Part shown: positions 25,372 to 38,722 of the stretch, piece by piece
Numbering within the stretch: the stretch's first letter is position 1
How the letters are laid out: each line of letters begins with the position of its first letter
From: Chiloscyllium plagiosum
Taxonomy: Eukaryota
DNA length: 64,000 nucleotides
Assembly: GCF_004010195.1 (NCBI RefSeq)
Contig: NC_057720.1
Location: forward strand, 18,800,538 to 18,864,537
Direction of reading: 5' to 3'
Notes under the pieces: generated by a model
What the model saw: the letters and a program-made list of their open reading frames with translations, nothing else
Told to the model about the DNA's origin: nothing
Databases searched by the model: none
Program-made: the position numbers and the translations under genes

Positions 25372-25526
25372 GAAAAGAGTGCAGTCAAGATGAATCTGGA
25401 TCTGGTGCCATTTTGTGTACTCAACTGGATGACTGTCTCGGTGGCAAACCTAAACAGTATAGAGATGTACAAGGCAGTGAGTCCAACATGTTCGTGGGCT
25501 ATTTTAAAAATGGACTTGTATACAAG
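25372..25526 (+). CDS. scinla: Coding exon 2 ([21 protein letters not shown]...[10 protein letters not shown])
   Basis: ttccag acceptor, AAG|gtaatg donor, 155 nt, phase compatible. Confidence 0.95.
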
Positions 25527-25629
25527 GTAATGTAGACAATAAACATGACCTTTATGGCCTCAAAACAGAAATTGCTAGAAAAGCTCATCACATCTGGCAG
25601 CATCTGTGGAGACAAATCAGAGTTAATGA

Positions 25630-25800
25630 GCAGCATGGTGGCTGAGTGGTTAGCACTGCGGCCTCATGGTGATAGGGACTCAGGTTTGATTCCAGCCTCA
25701 GGTGACTGTCTGTGTGGAGTTTGCACATTCTCCCTGTGTCTGAGTAGATTTTGTCCCACAGTCCAAAGATGTAACGGTTAGGTTGATTGGCCAAGCTAAA
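25630..25800 (+). mobile_element. HE1-type SINE, 5' part
   Basis: Head and V-domain, abuts a CR1 tail. Confidence 0.75.
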
Positions 25801-25801
25801 T

Positions 25802-27425
25802 AAGACCATAAGACATAGGAGTGGAAGTAAGGCCATTCAGCCCATCGGGTCCACTCTACCATTTACTCATGGCTGATGGGCGTTTTAATTTCACTTACCC
25901 ACACTCTCTCCGTAGCCCTTAATTCCTTGCGAGATCAAGAATTTATCAATCTCTGCCTTGAAGACACCCAATGTCCTGGCCTCCACTGCACTCCATGGCA
26001 ATGAATTCCACAGGACCACCACTCTCTGGCTGAAGAAATGTCTCCTCATTTCCACTCTAAATTGACCCCTTATAATTTTAAAACTGTGCCCATAGGTCCT
26101 AATCTCCCCGCCTGATGGAAACATCCCAGCGTCCACCCTTTCCATGCCATGCATTATCTTGTAAGTTTCTATTAGATCTCCCCTCAACCTTCTTAACTCT
26201 AATGAACACAATCCCAGGATCCTCAGCCGTTCATCATATGCTAGGCCTATCACTCCAGGGATCATCCATGTGAATCTCCGCTGGACACGCTCCAATGCCA
26301 GTATGTCCTTCCTGAGGTGTGGGGCCTAAAATTGGACACAGTATTCTAAATGGGGCCTAACTAGAGCTTTATAATGTCTCAGAAGCACATCACTGCTTTT
26401 ATGTTCCGACCCTCTTGTGATAAATGACAACATTACATTTGCTTTCTTAATCACGGACTCAACCTGCAAATCGACCTTTAGAGAATCCTGGACTAGCACT
26501 CCCAGATCCCTTTGTACTTCGGCTTAATGAATTTTCTCACTGTTTAAAAAATAGTCCATGCCTGTATTCTTATTTCCAAAGTGCAAAACTCACATTTGCT
26601 CACATTGAATTTCATCAGCCATTTCTTGGACCACTCTCCTAAACTGTCTAAATCTTTCTGCAGCCTCAGTACTCCCTGCCTGTCTGCCTAACTTCGTATC
26701 ATCAGTGAACTTTGCCAGAATGCCCCCAGTCTCTTTATCCAGATCATTAATATACAAATTGAACAGCTGCAGCTCCAACACTGAGCCTTGCAGGACCCCA
26801 CTTGTCACCAGCTGCCATTCCGAACAAGAACCTTTTTTCCCAACTCTCCGCCTTCTGTCAGACAGCCAATCCCTAATCCGTGCCAGTAGCTCGAACATTT
26901 ACTCAACAGCCTCCCGTGAGGCACTTTATCAAAGGCCTTTTGGAAGTCTAGATAGACAACATCCACTGGGTTTCCCTGGTCTAACCTACTTGTTACCTCT
27001 TCAAAGAATTTTAACAGGTACACAACCTCCCCTTCCACTGTGGAGACTGATACAAAGTACTATTAAGTTCTTCAGCTATTTCCTTATCTCTCAGCACTAG
27101 CCTTGCTGCATCAATTTGGAGCACCCAATTTCTACTTTTGCCTCTCACTTGTTTTTTGTGTATTGAAAGAAACTTTTACTATCATTTCTAATATTGCTGG
27201 CTAGCTTACCTTCATATTTGATCCTCTCCTTTCTTATTTCTCTCTTTATTATCCTCTGTTTGTGTTTGCAGACTTCCCAATCTTCTGATTTCCCAGTGCT
27301 CGTGGCCACTTTATAGGCTCTCTATTTTTCTTTGATACATTTCCTGACTTCCTTTGTCAGCCATGGCTGTCTAATCCCTCCTCGGAATTTTTTTTTTCTT
27401 TAGGGATGAACCTCTGTACTGTGTC
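25802..27425 (-). mobile_element. CR1 LINE ORF2 fragment with internal deletions
   Basis: [36 protein letters not shown]. Confidence 0.85.
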
Positions 27426-28167
27426 ATAGATTCTTTTGTGTGGATTTTTTCAAATTTCTAGACCATACAAAATTCAATCAGTTCCTAATTTTGGCCGGTT
27501 AATGAGCATTTAAATTTCAATTGTAGCTTTTAGATCTGTCTAACTGGCTGTGACGAAGAGTCATTAAAGCAGCTGAATGATAGACCAGGAGGCACTATTT
27601 AAACAATTCAGGGACTTGTGGTGTGGTAACCTCACTAAATCTGCTCCAGGAGCTCCAGCCTCAAAAGCTAAAGATGGTAGAAATCTGAAAGAATCACAGA
27701 GAATGCTGGAGAAATTCTGCACACCTGGCATATGTGGAGCAAGGAACAAAGTTAATGTTTCAAGCCCAGAATGTCTCATCTTTCAATATGTCCTCAAGAA
27801 GAATCATTCTGGACTTGAAATGTTAATTCTGTTCCTCTCTCTACAGAAATTGCCAGACCTTTTGACTTTTTCTAGCATTCTTAGAGTTTGTTTCAGATGT
27901 CCAGGATTTTGTTTTGAATACAACTCAGGAGCAATCTTACATGAAGCATTCTTTCACTCCATGTCCTGGCATGTAACTTGCATAACAATGGTTTATCAAG
28001 TGAAATTCTCTCAGGAGAATTTAAGATATGCACATGTAAAAAAATAATTAAAATGTCACAGAAGCTGGAAATTTGAATCAGAAACAAAATGAGTTAAAGA
28101 AACTCAGCAGGCCTGGCAGCATCTGTGGAGAGACCATTAAGCCATAAGATGTAGGAGCAAAAGGAGG

Positions 28168-29750
28168 GCATAGAACATAAACATTACAGCGCAGTACAAG
28201 CCCTTCAGCCCTCGATGTTGTACTGACCTGTGAAACCAATCTGAAGCCCATCTAACCGACAGTATTCCATCATCATCCATATATTTATCCAATGGCAATT
28301 AAAAGCCCTTACAGTTGGTGAGTCTACTACTGTTACAGGCAGGGCATTCCACACCCTTACTATTCTGAGTAAAGAACCTGCCTCTGAAATCTGTCCTATA
28401 TCTATCCCGCCTCAATTTAAAGCTACGTGCTCTTGTGCTAGCCATTACCATCAGAGGAAAAAGGCTCTCCCTGTCCATCCTATTTAATCCTCTGATCATC
28501 TTGTATGTATCCATTAAGTCACCTCTTAACCTTCTCTCTAACGAAAACAGCGTCAAGTCCCTCAGCCTTGTTAGACCTTCCCTCTATACCAGGCAACATC
28601 CTGGTTAATCTCCTCTGCACCCTTTCAAATGTTTCCACATCCTTTCTATAATGCAGCAGTCAGAACTGTACGCAGTACTCCAAGTGCGGCTGCACCAGAG
28701 TTTTGTACAGCTGCAACATGACCTCATGGCTCTGAAATTCAATCCTCTACCAATAAAAGCTAACACACCGTATGCCTTCTTAACAACCCTATCAACCTGG
28801 GTGGCAACTTTCAGTGATCTGTACACATGAACAATGAGATCTCTCTGCACATCCAAACTACCAAACATTTTACCATTAGCCCAGTACTCTGTATTCCTGT
28901 TACTCCTTCCAAACTGAATCACCACACACTTTTTTATATTAAACTCCATTTGCCATCTCTCAGCCCAGCTCTGCAGCTTATCTATGTTCCTCTGTAACCT
29001 GTAACATCCTTCTGCACTGTCCATAACTCCACCAACTTTAGTGTCATCCACAAATTTACTAACCCATCCTTTTATGCCTTCATCAGGTCATTCATAAAAA
29101 CGGCAAACAGTAATGGCCCCAAAACCGATCCTTGCAGTACACCATTAGTAACTGAACTCCAGGATGAACATTGCCCATCAACCACCACCCTCTGTCTTCC
29201 TTCAACTAGCTAAGTTCTGATCCCAACCGAGAAATTACCCTCAATCCCATGCCTCCATATTTTTTGCAATAGCCTACTGTAGGGAATCTTATCAAATGCT
29301 TTACTGAAATCTATATACACCACATTAACTGCTTTACCTCCATCCACCTGTTTGGTCACCTTCTTAAAGAACTCAATAAGGTTTGTGAGGCACGCCCTAC
29401 CTTTCGCAAAACCGTGCTGACGATCCCTAATCAAATTATTCCTTCTAGGTTGTTATAAATCCTATCACTTATAATCCTTTCCAACATTTTACCCACATCC
29501 AAAGTAAGGTTCACTAGTCTGTAGTTACCAGGGTGGTCTCTACTCCCCTTGTTGAACAAGGGGACAATATTTCTATCCTCCAGCCTGGCACTATTCCTGT
29601 AGACAATGACGCCATAAACATCAAAGCCAAAGGCTCTGCAATTTCCTCCCTAGCTTTCCAGATAATTTTAGGAATAGTCCCATCCAGCCCAGGAGATTTA
29701 TCTATTTTCACACTTTCCAGAATTGCTAACATCTCCTCCTTATGCTCCTT
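28168..29750 (-). mobile_element. CR1 LINE ORF2/3' fragment
   Basis: QHGFAKGRACLTNL; DFSKAFDKIP; DDTKVGG. Confidence 0.85.
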
Positions 29751-31255
29751 ACGCCCATTCAGCCCTTTACGCCTGATTTGCCGTTCAAGGCTGAGTAGAT
29801 AACGTTCAACTCCATTTTCCTGCCTTTTCCTCATAACCCTTGCTTCCCTTACAGATTAGAAATCTGTCTTTGTCAGCCTTGAATATACTTAAAGACCCAA
29901 TCTCTACAGCCCTCTGCAGTAAACAATTCCACAGATTGACTGTCCTCTGAAAGAAAACAAAATCCTCCTCATCTCTGTCTGAAAGAGGCAACCCCTTACT
30001 CTGAGAATATGCCCTGTGGCCCAAGGGGAAACAACCTTTTCACGTCTAGCCTGTCAAGTTCCTTAAGCATCTCGTATGTTTTAACGAGGTCATCTTCTAA
30101 ATTCCAATGAATACAGGCCCAAACCACGTAGCTGCTCCTCATAAGACATTCCCTCTATATCAGCATCAGCCTAGTGAACCTCTTCTGGATTGTATCCAAT
30201 GCTGGTATATCTTTCCTTAGATAGGGGCCTTAAACTGTTCGCAGTGTTCTGGTTGTTGTCCAACTGTTGTTGTATATAGTTTTAGAAAACTTCACTATTT
30301 TTGTACTCCATTCTCTTTGAAACGAAGTCCATTTGTCTTCCTTATTCCTTCTGAACTTGGATGCTAACTTTTTTGTGATTCATGCACAAGGACTCCAAAT
30401 CCCTTTTTTTTCATAGCTTTCTGCAGTCTTTCTCCATTTAAATAACATTCAGCTCCTCTATTATTCCTGCCAATGTGCTTAATCTCACATAACCTCAATA
30501 AAAAAGAAGCACATTGTCAAAATGGTGAGTGGTTGCAAAGCTCTGAAATGCTGAAAAATCTGGCTGTCATAGTGCGTGAATGGCAGATGGTCAGTATGCA
30601 GTAATAGCAAATAACCAGGAAAGCTAACAAAATTACATGGTTCATTGTGAGGGGAATTAAATGCAAGAGTAAGGAGGTTATCCTTCAGTTATAGAGGGCA
30701 TTGGTGAGACCACACCTGGAGCTCTGTGTTCAATACTGCTCACTGTATGCATTCAAGAATATTAACACATTGAAAGCAGTTCAGAGAAGGTTTACTAGAC
30801 TAATTGCCTTATGAGGAAAGGCTTGTCAGGCTAGGCCTGTATCCTCTGGAATTTAGAAGAATTGGAGGTGACTTGAAGCATACAGATCCTGAGTGGAATT
30901 GACTGGGTGAATGTTGAAAGGATATTTCCTCTCGTAGGAGAATCTAAAACTATGGGGTCATAGTTTAAAAGCAAGGGCATTGCCCATTTACGTCAGAGAT
31001 AAGGAAAGTCTTCATCTCGCAGAAGATTATGAGTCTTTAGAATATTCCTTCTTCAAAAGCAGTGGATGCAGAATCTTTAAATATTTTTAAGGCGGATGTC
31101 GGTCAATTCTTAATTACCAAGGGGATAACAAATTATTGGGGTTCCGCAGGTGTGCAGAGTTGAGGTTAAAATCAGACCAGCTAGGACGTTATAGAATGAT
31201 GGAGCAGGCTCAAAGGCCTAAGTAGCCTACTCTTGTTCCCTATTCATATGTTCTA
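29751..31255. mobile_element. Two degenerate CR1 3' fragments in divergent orientation (minus about 29751-30490, plus about 30520-31255)
   Basis: FFQRTVNLWN motif and CR1 3' UTR on both strands. Confidence 0.65.
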
Positions 31256-33951
31256 TTTTCCCACATTCTATTCAATCTGCCAACTTTTGGCCCACTTGCT
31301 TAAACTGTCTTTATGTCTTTGCACCCTCTGGATGTCATCCTTACCACTTGCCCTCCAACATTGTGACTCCTTTGGAATGGCATTGCATTTAACTTGTTAA
31401 CTGTTCCTTTCTCCACAGATAATGAGTCTCCAGCACGTTCCCTTTCTTACTTTGAACTCTCTGTTTTAATACACTATTCTAGTCTTTTACTCTGTCGCTT
31501 CTTAATTTCTCCCAATTTAGACAACTGAAGCGAAGAAGGCAGCAGAGGATCTATTACATGAGGATAAAATAAGTGAACAGTCAGGACAGTGGTAGATTAA
31601 CTATCATATATAAAGGTGCAATGGAAGACAAATGAATAATATGTGTCACAACATAAATACAACTGAAAGAGCCAGGGATGAAATTGAAAGAGATTTTGGC
31701 AGTTTAATTGACTTGATATTCAATAAGTCCAAGCAATGACAGCAGCAATCAGCAAAACAAATAAACATTCAGGGAAGCTAACCTATTGCTGGAGTCACAT
31801 CACATCTGGTGTATTGTATCTAGTTAGGGCTACTAACCTCAAGCCCTGAAGGTGATTCTCGGGACCACATTTCCTTTGTGTGTGCGACAAGTATAGTGCT
31901 GTCAATCTGCAGAGTATTTCCATAGTTAGATCTCTCTAAAAGCATTGGCAAATTCTTCACTTTTCGTGGTCCATTTCAGAAGTAAGGAAGCAAGGTTGAG
32001 TTGAGTGTTGGCTACAACCTACAATCCATCCTAAGTCTAAGTACCTGCTTTGTTGTCAGTATCAGCTGGTACCCTGCCTGTATAATCATGTTTCAGCTTT
32101 AATGCTTTAAATGTAGGGCCCACAAATGGAAGCTTTAAAGAGGTATTGATTTTTTTTTCCATTTCTTAATGTTTAAATAATTTATCAAAAAAAAACTAAA
32201 CACAATGGATTCTAAGCATGAAAGCTGTTTTTAAATTTACTTCAGTTCCTAATGGAACCTAACAGTACATAATTGACATTCTTTTTAGTTGTTCATGGAA
32301 AATGGAAACTCCACAACCAAACTACATCATGCTTTTTAAAAGTAACTTGCATTAGTGAGAATTAAATCTCAATAAAGGTACCAATGCTGGTTTGTGTAAG
32401 GAGTTGCACATTCGTAGCCTGACCTGGAACTAATGAATGCGGAATTTGCTGGCGAGTGTAGAGCTGAGATATCTGCCAGGCTGCTTCTTTTTGAAGGGGG
32501 GTACCAATTATCTATTCGAGCACCCTGTGCACAGCTTTGCCCAATGGGAATGTTGCATCCCAAATGAGATTGGCTGGGATAGGAATACCATAAAATCATA
32601 AGGCATAGAAAGCCATTTGGCCCATTGAGTCTTCTCCTGAATTCAGTGAGGTTGTGGCTGATCTGATAATCTTCAACTCACCATCTCTGCTTTGATTCCC
32701 TGACTGATTATAAATCACTACAGTAGACAAGGCATACATTGACTGCTGTCTGAGAGAAAATAAAATTCCTCCTAATCTCTATCTGAAATAGGCAACTCCT
32801 TTCTGTGAGAAGTTGTCCTCTAGCCCAAGGGGAATCAAGCTTCCTGCATCTACCCTGTCAAGTCCGCTAAGAATTCCCTGTATGTTTCAATAAAGGCAGC
32901 CCTGTATTCTAAACTCCTTTAAATACAGGGCCAACCTACTCAACCATTCCTGAAAAGGAAATCCTTCCATAGCTGGGATCAGCCCAGTGAAGATTCTTTC
33001 GCCTCCAAAGCTAGTATGTCTTTCCTGAGGTTAGGGGTCTGAAGCTGTTCATATATTCCAGCTGTGGTCTGACTCGTGCCTTGTACAGTTCAGGGAATTT
33101 TGAATGTGGGATGAATGCGTCAGGAAAATAGCAATTTCTCTTTTTTGTACCAAGTGTTAATGCCAACCATTCAGGGAGCTGAAGGTTGGGTTATTTTTAG
33201 AGTGAAGTTTTCTTTATTACACCTGTATCATATCTCTGTATTCCATGTCTGTCATTTTTATAGCATGTCTGTCACATTTACTTTGCTGTCAATTTACAAT
33301 TCCATGGAATTAGCTTTAGACTGTAATCCGATTCCTTTCACTCAGGATCTTTCAAGCCGCAGTTCTGAGGAAGGGTCACTCAAGCTGAAACGTAAACTCT
33401 GATTTCTCTCCACTGGTACTGCTGGACCTGCTGAGCTTTTATAGCAATATCTGTTTTTGTTTCTGATTTATAGCATCTGCAGTTCTCTCGGTTTTCCTTA
33501 ATATGATCAGATTGGTTTCGAGTATATCCCAGGCCCCAGACTATATCCTATGATATGCAGAACTCAAAAGATTAATTCTGATGCATTATTTAACATTCCC
33601 CACATTTTCCAGAAACATAATTCAGTTGTAAACTGTTATGAAGAAGTAATAAAAATGTTTTTATTCATCCAAGTGCAGTATCTTCACTGTCTCCACTGCC
33701 AAAAGCACTGTCAGATGAGTTCGTTGGGCCTGCTTAAAAGGTTTCCAGACCGCTGGTGTTTCTGAACAGTATATTTCTCAACTGGAACAGTTACTGTATA
33801 TTTATCTTAACCTAGGTTAAACATTAGAAACCCATGACAATATAAATACAAGAACCTGTGGGACATGATGAGATATTTTGGTCTTATTTTCTAAAATGTA
33901 ACTCACTTCATAACGTTCTGCAGTATTTACAATTTTGTGTTACCTTTGCAG

Positions 33952-34113
33952 GAAGGAGGGGTTGCATCTGGATTTGCACATGTAGTTACCAATGATATCA
34001 ATGTCAGGAGACTGTTACATGTTAAGGGCAGGCGCAATGTGAGAGCCCATGAAGTGCCTTTCAGTTGGTCCAGCTTTAACAATGGAGATTGCTTCCTCAT
34101 TGATGCAGGAGTG
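33952..34113 (+). CDS. scinla: Coding exon 3 ([15 protein letters not shown]...[13 protein letters not shown]...[14 protein letters not shown])
   Basis: ttgcag acceptor, GTG|gtgagt donor, 162 nt; G1-G2 linker and G2 motif. Confidence 0.95.
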
Positions 34114-34384
34114 GTGAGTGCTTCATGTTAAAGTCTCATAGCAACAGCAGCATGTTTATACTTTGATCCTTATTGCTTTTCACAAGCTTACCTATTGTAT
34201 GCTATCACCCTGGTTATGAAGTTGAGGATTGATATCCCTAAATTGTGCTAATGCAAGCCAACCTACCTCATGATTTCCTTTCCTCTTAATTTTCTTTGAC
34301 CTGGAGTTGTCCTGATTCCACAGGTTCCAGCCAGTCTTTGTTAACTTTACTCACAGGCCTGCTTTACATGGGAGCACAAATCAG

Positions 34385-35367
34385 CAACAATAACTTATAT
34401 TTATGTAGCACCTTTAACATAAAACATTGCTCCAAGGTGAGTCACAGCATCACAATCAAAATTTGACACCAAACCACTTCAAGAGACAGTGGAATGAATG
34501 ACCAAAAGATTGGTCAAAGAGATTTTACAAAGTGCCTTAAAGGAGGGAACGGAGAGAGCACAGTTTAGGGAAGGAAGCCCAGAGTTGAAGGCTTTTGCAG
34601 CTGAAGACGTACCAACAATGGAGAAGTGACCAAAATAAGGTTTGCTCAAGAGGTTAGACAGTGGGAGGATGTGAAGGACTATAGTGTGACTATGGAAAGG
34701 CTTGGAAAATAAGCATGAAAATTTTTTACGTTGAGATGTTGCTGGACTAAGAACCAATATAGATCAACAAGTACAGAAATGCTAGGAGAATAAGGTTTGC
34801 AGCGATGGTCTTATATTTATAAATGGTAAAATACAAGAGGCCAACTAGGAATATATTAAAATAGTCAGGTCTAAAGGTAATAAAGGCATGAATGGGGAGT
34901 TTAGGACTGAGGCAGAATCAGAGTTGAGTGATATTACAAACTGCACATAGGAGGTCTCAGTGAAGGTCAGCAATGTCGTTTTTAAGCTGCAACTCAAAGA
35001 AACTGAATGGAGATGAGATTTAGGGAAGGAGTTGGTCCTGCAACATCGCAAGGTAAATATTTTCATGCTTACTTTTCAAGCCATCCTTCACATCCTCCCA
35101 CTGTCTAACACTCAAATTCTGGCCTCTTGAGCAAACCTTATTTCAGTCACTGCTCCATTGTTGGCGCGTCTTCAGCTGCAAAAGCCTTCACCTCTGGGAT
35201 TCCTTCCCTAAACTGTGCTCTCTCCGTTCCCTCCTTTAAGGCACTTGTTAAAATCTCTCTGACCAGTCTTTAGGTCATTTATTGTAGCATCTCTTGAAGT
35301 GGCTTGGTGTCTAATTTTGATTGTGATGCTGTGACGCATCTTGGAACAATTTTTTTTATGTTAAAGG
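34385..35367. repeat. L2-like LINE 3' fragment present as an inverted pair (34411-34750 / 35032-35367)
   Basis: Arms are reverse complements over about 340 bp; L2-type tail ATGTTAAAGGTGCTACATAAAT on the minus strand. Confidence 0.8.
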
Positions 35368-35892
35368 CGTTTAATTACAGGCCACAGATACAGTCTTATA
35401 TAAGATCTTAAACACTCATTAACTGTGTTTCGCTATGTCTTTAAATGTCTGGGGAATGTTCTGGGTGAGTATCTTTTTGATCTTTAAAATTCAAGGACAA
35501 GCCCAGATTGTATATGCTTCCACACTAAGGCATGCATATATGTTGCTTTGCACAAGCGAAAGTAGGAATCATCATGTAATGGGAAGTGCCTGAATCACCA
35601 CCAGCATTGTTATTGACACTGTGCACTGTAAATTATTGTAATCATCTCAATCTAAAGCAGAGAGACTGGGGTAAAGTGCAATTCACAAAAGGCAAAATGA
35701 AAAGGCTGAGGATAGGGATGGCGGATGCAAAGTTGGGTTACAGTGCCTTTTTCAAGTTTAAGCTATTGATCAAAAGATGATTTACAAACATTAATGGCAA
35801 TCGGAGAGCTATACTTTAAACGGGCAAAGATGCAATTACCATGATTATACTCAAGTACAGTTTTAGGAAATGGTTGAACTTTGGAATTGCAG

Positions 35893-36042
35893 ATGATCTA
35901 TCAGTGGAATGGATCAAAGAGCAACTTTCAAGAGCGAATAAAGTGCTGTCAGCTTGCGAAAAGTATCCGTGATGGAGAGAGGATGGGCCGTGCCAACATT
36001 GAATCGGTAGATGAAGGAAGTGAGCCATCACATGTTATTGAG
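35893..36042 (+). CDS. scinla: Coding exon 4 (MIYQWNGSKSNFQERIK...IRDGERMGRA...EPSHVIE)
   Basis: ttgcag acceptor, GAG|gtgagt donor, 150 nt. Confidence 0.95.
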
Positions 36043-36140
36043 GTGAGTATATGGAGGACACATGGGGGTTTATTGTGGTGTTTATCATAGGCTGGAAGAG
36101 TTCCACAAGATTAAATGTTGCCTCTTTTTTTTCATGACAG

Positions 36141-36230
36141 TTACTGGGTACCAAGCCACCCATTCCAGATGCAACTGTTGAGGATGTGAAAGCAGATAAA
36201 GCCAGCAAGACAAAAGCCAAACTCTACATG
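36141..36230 (+). CDS. scinla: Coding exon 5 (LLGTKPPIPDATVEDVKADKASKTKAKLYM)
   Basis: tgacag acceptor, ATG|gtaacc donor, 90 nt; G2-G3 linker. Confidence 0.93.
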
Positions 36231-36382
36231 GTAACCATCTCCTTTTAATAGAGCATGTTTGATAATGTAGGATTTCTATTCCAATTCTTGGTGCTGCAGT
36301 TTTCTCAATTAACAGCAGCACTTTCATAAAGTATTACGATAAAACACAAAGTTGGTCACCAAAGCACTGCAATTTCTTTCAG

Positions 36383-36515
36383 ATTTCAGATGCTAGTGGA
36401 CAGTTGACTCTAACAGAGGTGGCTGCTGAGAATCCATTTTCCATGGCTGCACTTTCTACCAAGGAATGTTATATTCTTGACAATGGGCCAAATGGCCACA
36501 TATTTCTGTGGAAAG
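36383..36515 (+). CDS. scinla: Coding exon 6 (ISDASGQLTLTEVAAENPFS...CYILDNGPNGHIFLWK)
   Basis: tttcag acceptor, G|gtaaga donor, 133 nt; G3. Confidence 0.95.
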
Positions 36516-38291
36516 GTAAGAAAATATAGATAATGTAACAAAAATTTCGAAGCTGGAAATTTGAAAAGAAAGTGTAAAACGCTCTCCACTAATTGCAGTT
36601 TGTCTCCTGAAACTGACCAGTTTATTCTGAATTTCTGTTTCCTGTTGGTTAGTCAATCCTCTATGCATGTTAATATATCACCCTGAACACGTTGAGCTCT
36701 TCTTCAGTGGAATTGTATTGCATTTTCTTATCATTATCTACATGAGCTGCCACTACTTTCTAAATAATAAATTCTAGCATTATCACAGTGACAGATGCTG
36801 AATGAATTGGCTGATGGTTTACTGTTTCCTGCCTCTCTTTCTTGAATAGTTATGTTACATTTATGGCTTTCCAGTCCTCTGGGACCTTTGCAGGATTTGG
36901 GAGTTTTGAAAGATTAGAACCACTGTCTTCACAATCTCTGCTCACACTTCTTATAAGACTACAGTATACAGATCTACCATCAGCTCAGTTAGTTTCCTGG
37001 TACCTTTTCTTGAGCGGAATAGTTAGCATGATCACAAACATGGTCATCAAAATGGCTGACTGTGCAGACAGACCCTGTGACATAACTTCCTGGCACCTCT
37101 GAATTAGGATGAATCTGCACATATGCATTTGATATCACATGTTCTGTGCTTAATAATGTCACCGGCTGTGCGTGTGTAAATAGCATTAAAGATCCAAAGT
37201 TCCATCTGTGCAGGGGATCCAGGGACTGAGAATCAGGACTGGGGGCAAAAGCTGGGAATGGGAGCAAAGCTTTGAAAGTAACACTGGCTGGTGAACTGTA
37301 GAGCCAGGCAGCTCCTTATGAAGGTGAGGGAGAGATAACAGCTCTGAATCTCGACTTTGGGAAGGAGAGAAGATGCCACCAGCATTGAGAACTCCCAATG
37401 GCTGGTTCAGTAGGCTATCCTTCCAATTAGAAGGCAGCCGCATCTGTCACTGGCATTTCCAGATGGAATTCCTGCATCTCTGTATTCCTTGAGCCACGTA
37501 AGCTTAGTTTGCCCATGCAACACAGCCTCTCTCTCAAAAGAATGTGGGTTTTTAAAATTCCTCCTTCCCTTCTACTTTTGCTTTCCTAATACTATTCGGA
37601 TGCTTTCTGAGTCTCCTGCTGTGAAAACGGTTGAGGAGTATTTGTTCACAGTCTTTGCTATTCCCACAAACAACCATCAGACGTAAGAGCAGTAGGCCAA
37701 TCAGCCCATCAAGTCTGTTCCACCATTCAATAAGATCACGATATGATACCCTTCATTCCTTTACAATTTAAAACTCCATCTAACTCAACCTTGAATGCAC
37801 TTAACCACTCTGCTGTAAATAATTCCACTGATTCTCAACATTCTGACAGAAGAAATTCCTCCTAATCTCTTACTCTGAGGTTATGCCCTCTGGTCCTAGA
37901 CTCTCCCTACGCTGTCAGGCCCTCTGAGAATTTTGTACTTCCCATTAATAATTCTAAAATCTCATTCTTTAAATGATCAATGGTTACATTTGTGACTTTC
38001 TTCCTTTTTATATACTTGTAGAAGCTTTTACTTTCTAATTCATATTTCTTACTAGTTTTCTGCTCTACACCAGTTTCTCCCTCTTTTTTTTAAAGTCATT
38101 CTTTACTGCTTTCAAAAGTCTTTTTCCAACCTACTGGGCTACCACTGACTCAGTGGATGTGAAGAACCCTTGGGGGAAATTATTGCTGATAATGTTTACA
38201 GGAACAAGTAATCTTTGAAACAGCCGTGGTCACTTTCATCCAAGATGGTGAAACTTGCCATTCAGAAACTGATGACTTATTAATGTCTTCG

Positions 38292-38416
38292 AGGAGAAAG
38301 TGAGGACTGCAGATGCTGGAGATCAGAGCTGAAAATGTGTTGCTGGAAAAGCGCAGCAGGTCAGGCAGCATCCAAGGAACAGGAGAATCGACGTTTCGGG
38401 CCTAAGCCCTTCTTCA
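38292..38416 (-). mobile_element. Family A mini-element, hammerhead core clipped at its first C
   Basis: Near-identical to 45440-45565; TGAAGA A GGGC TTAG GCCC GAAA CGTC. Confidence 0.75.
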
Positions 38417-38419
38417 TTA

Positions 38420-38722
38420 TAGGGCACTACCATTATAGGGCAAGCCAAACAAAGAACAGCCAGGGAATTCCTAGAAGCATGGCACTCATCCACAAACTCC
38501 ATCAACAAACACATCGACCTGGACCCAATATACCGGCCACTACAGCGGACAGCTGAAACTGACAACCGGAAGCGGCAGGGACAGGCCAGTATAAATGCCG
38601 GAGGAAACACCACAGAAGCGCTTCACAGGAGGCTCCCAAGCACTGAGGATGTCACCTAGACAGGGGACGAAACGTTTGCAACAAAAATTTCCAGCTCGGC
38701 GAACAGAATCACAACAACAGCT
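38420..38722 (+). mobile_element. Penelope-like element 3' fragment (family B) with hammerhead at 38640-38679
   Basis: IIGQAKQRTAREFLEAWHSSTNSINKHIDLDPIYRPL; GCA CTGAGGA T GTCACCT AGAC AGGGGAC GAAA CGTT TGC. Confidence 0.75.
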
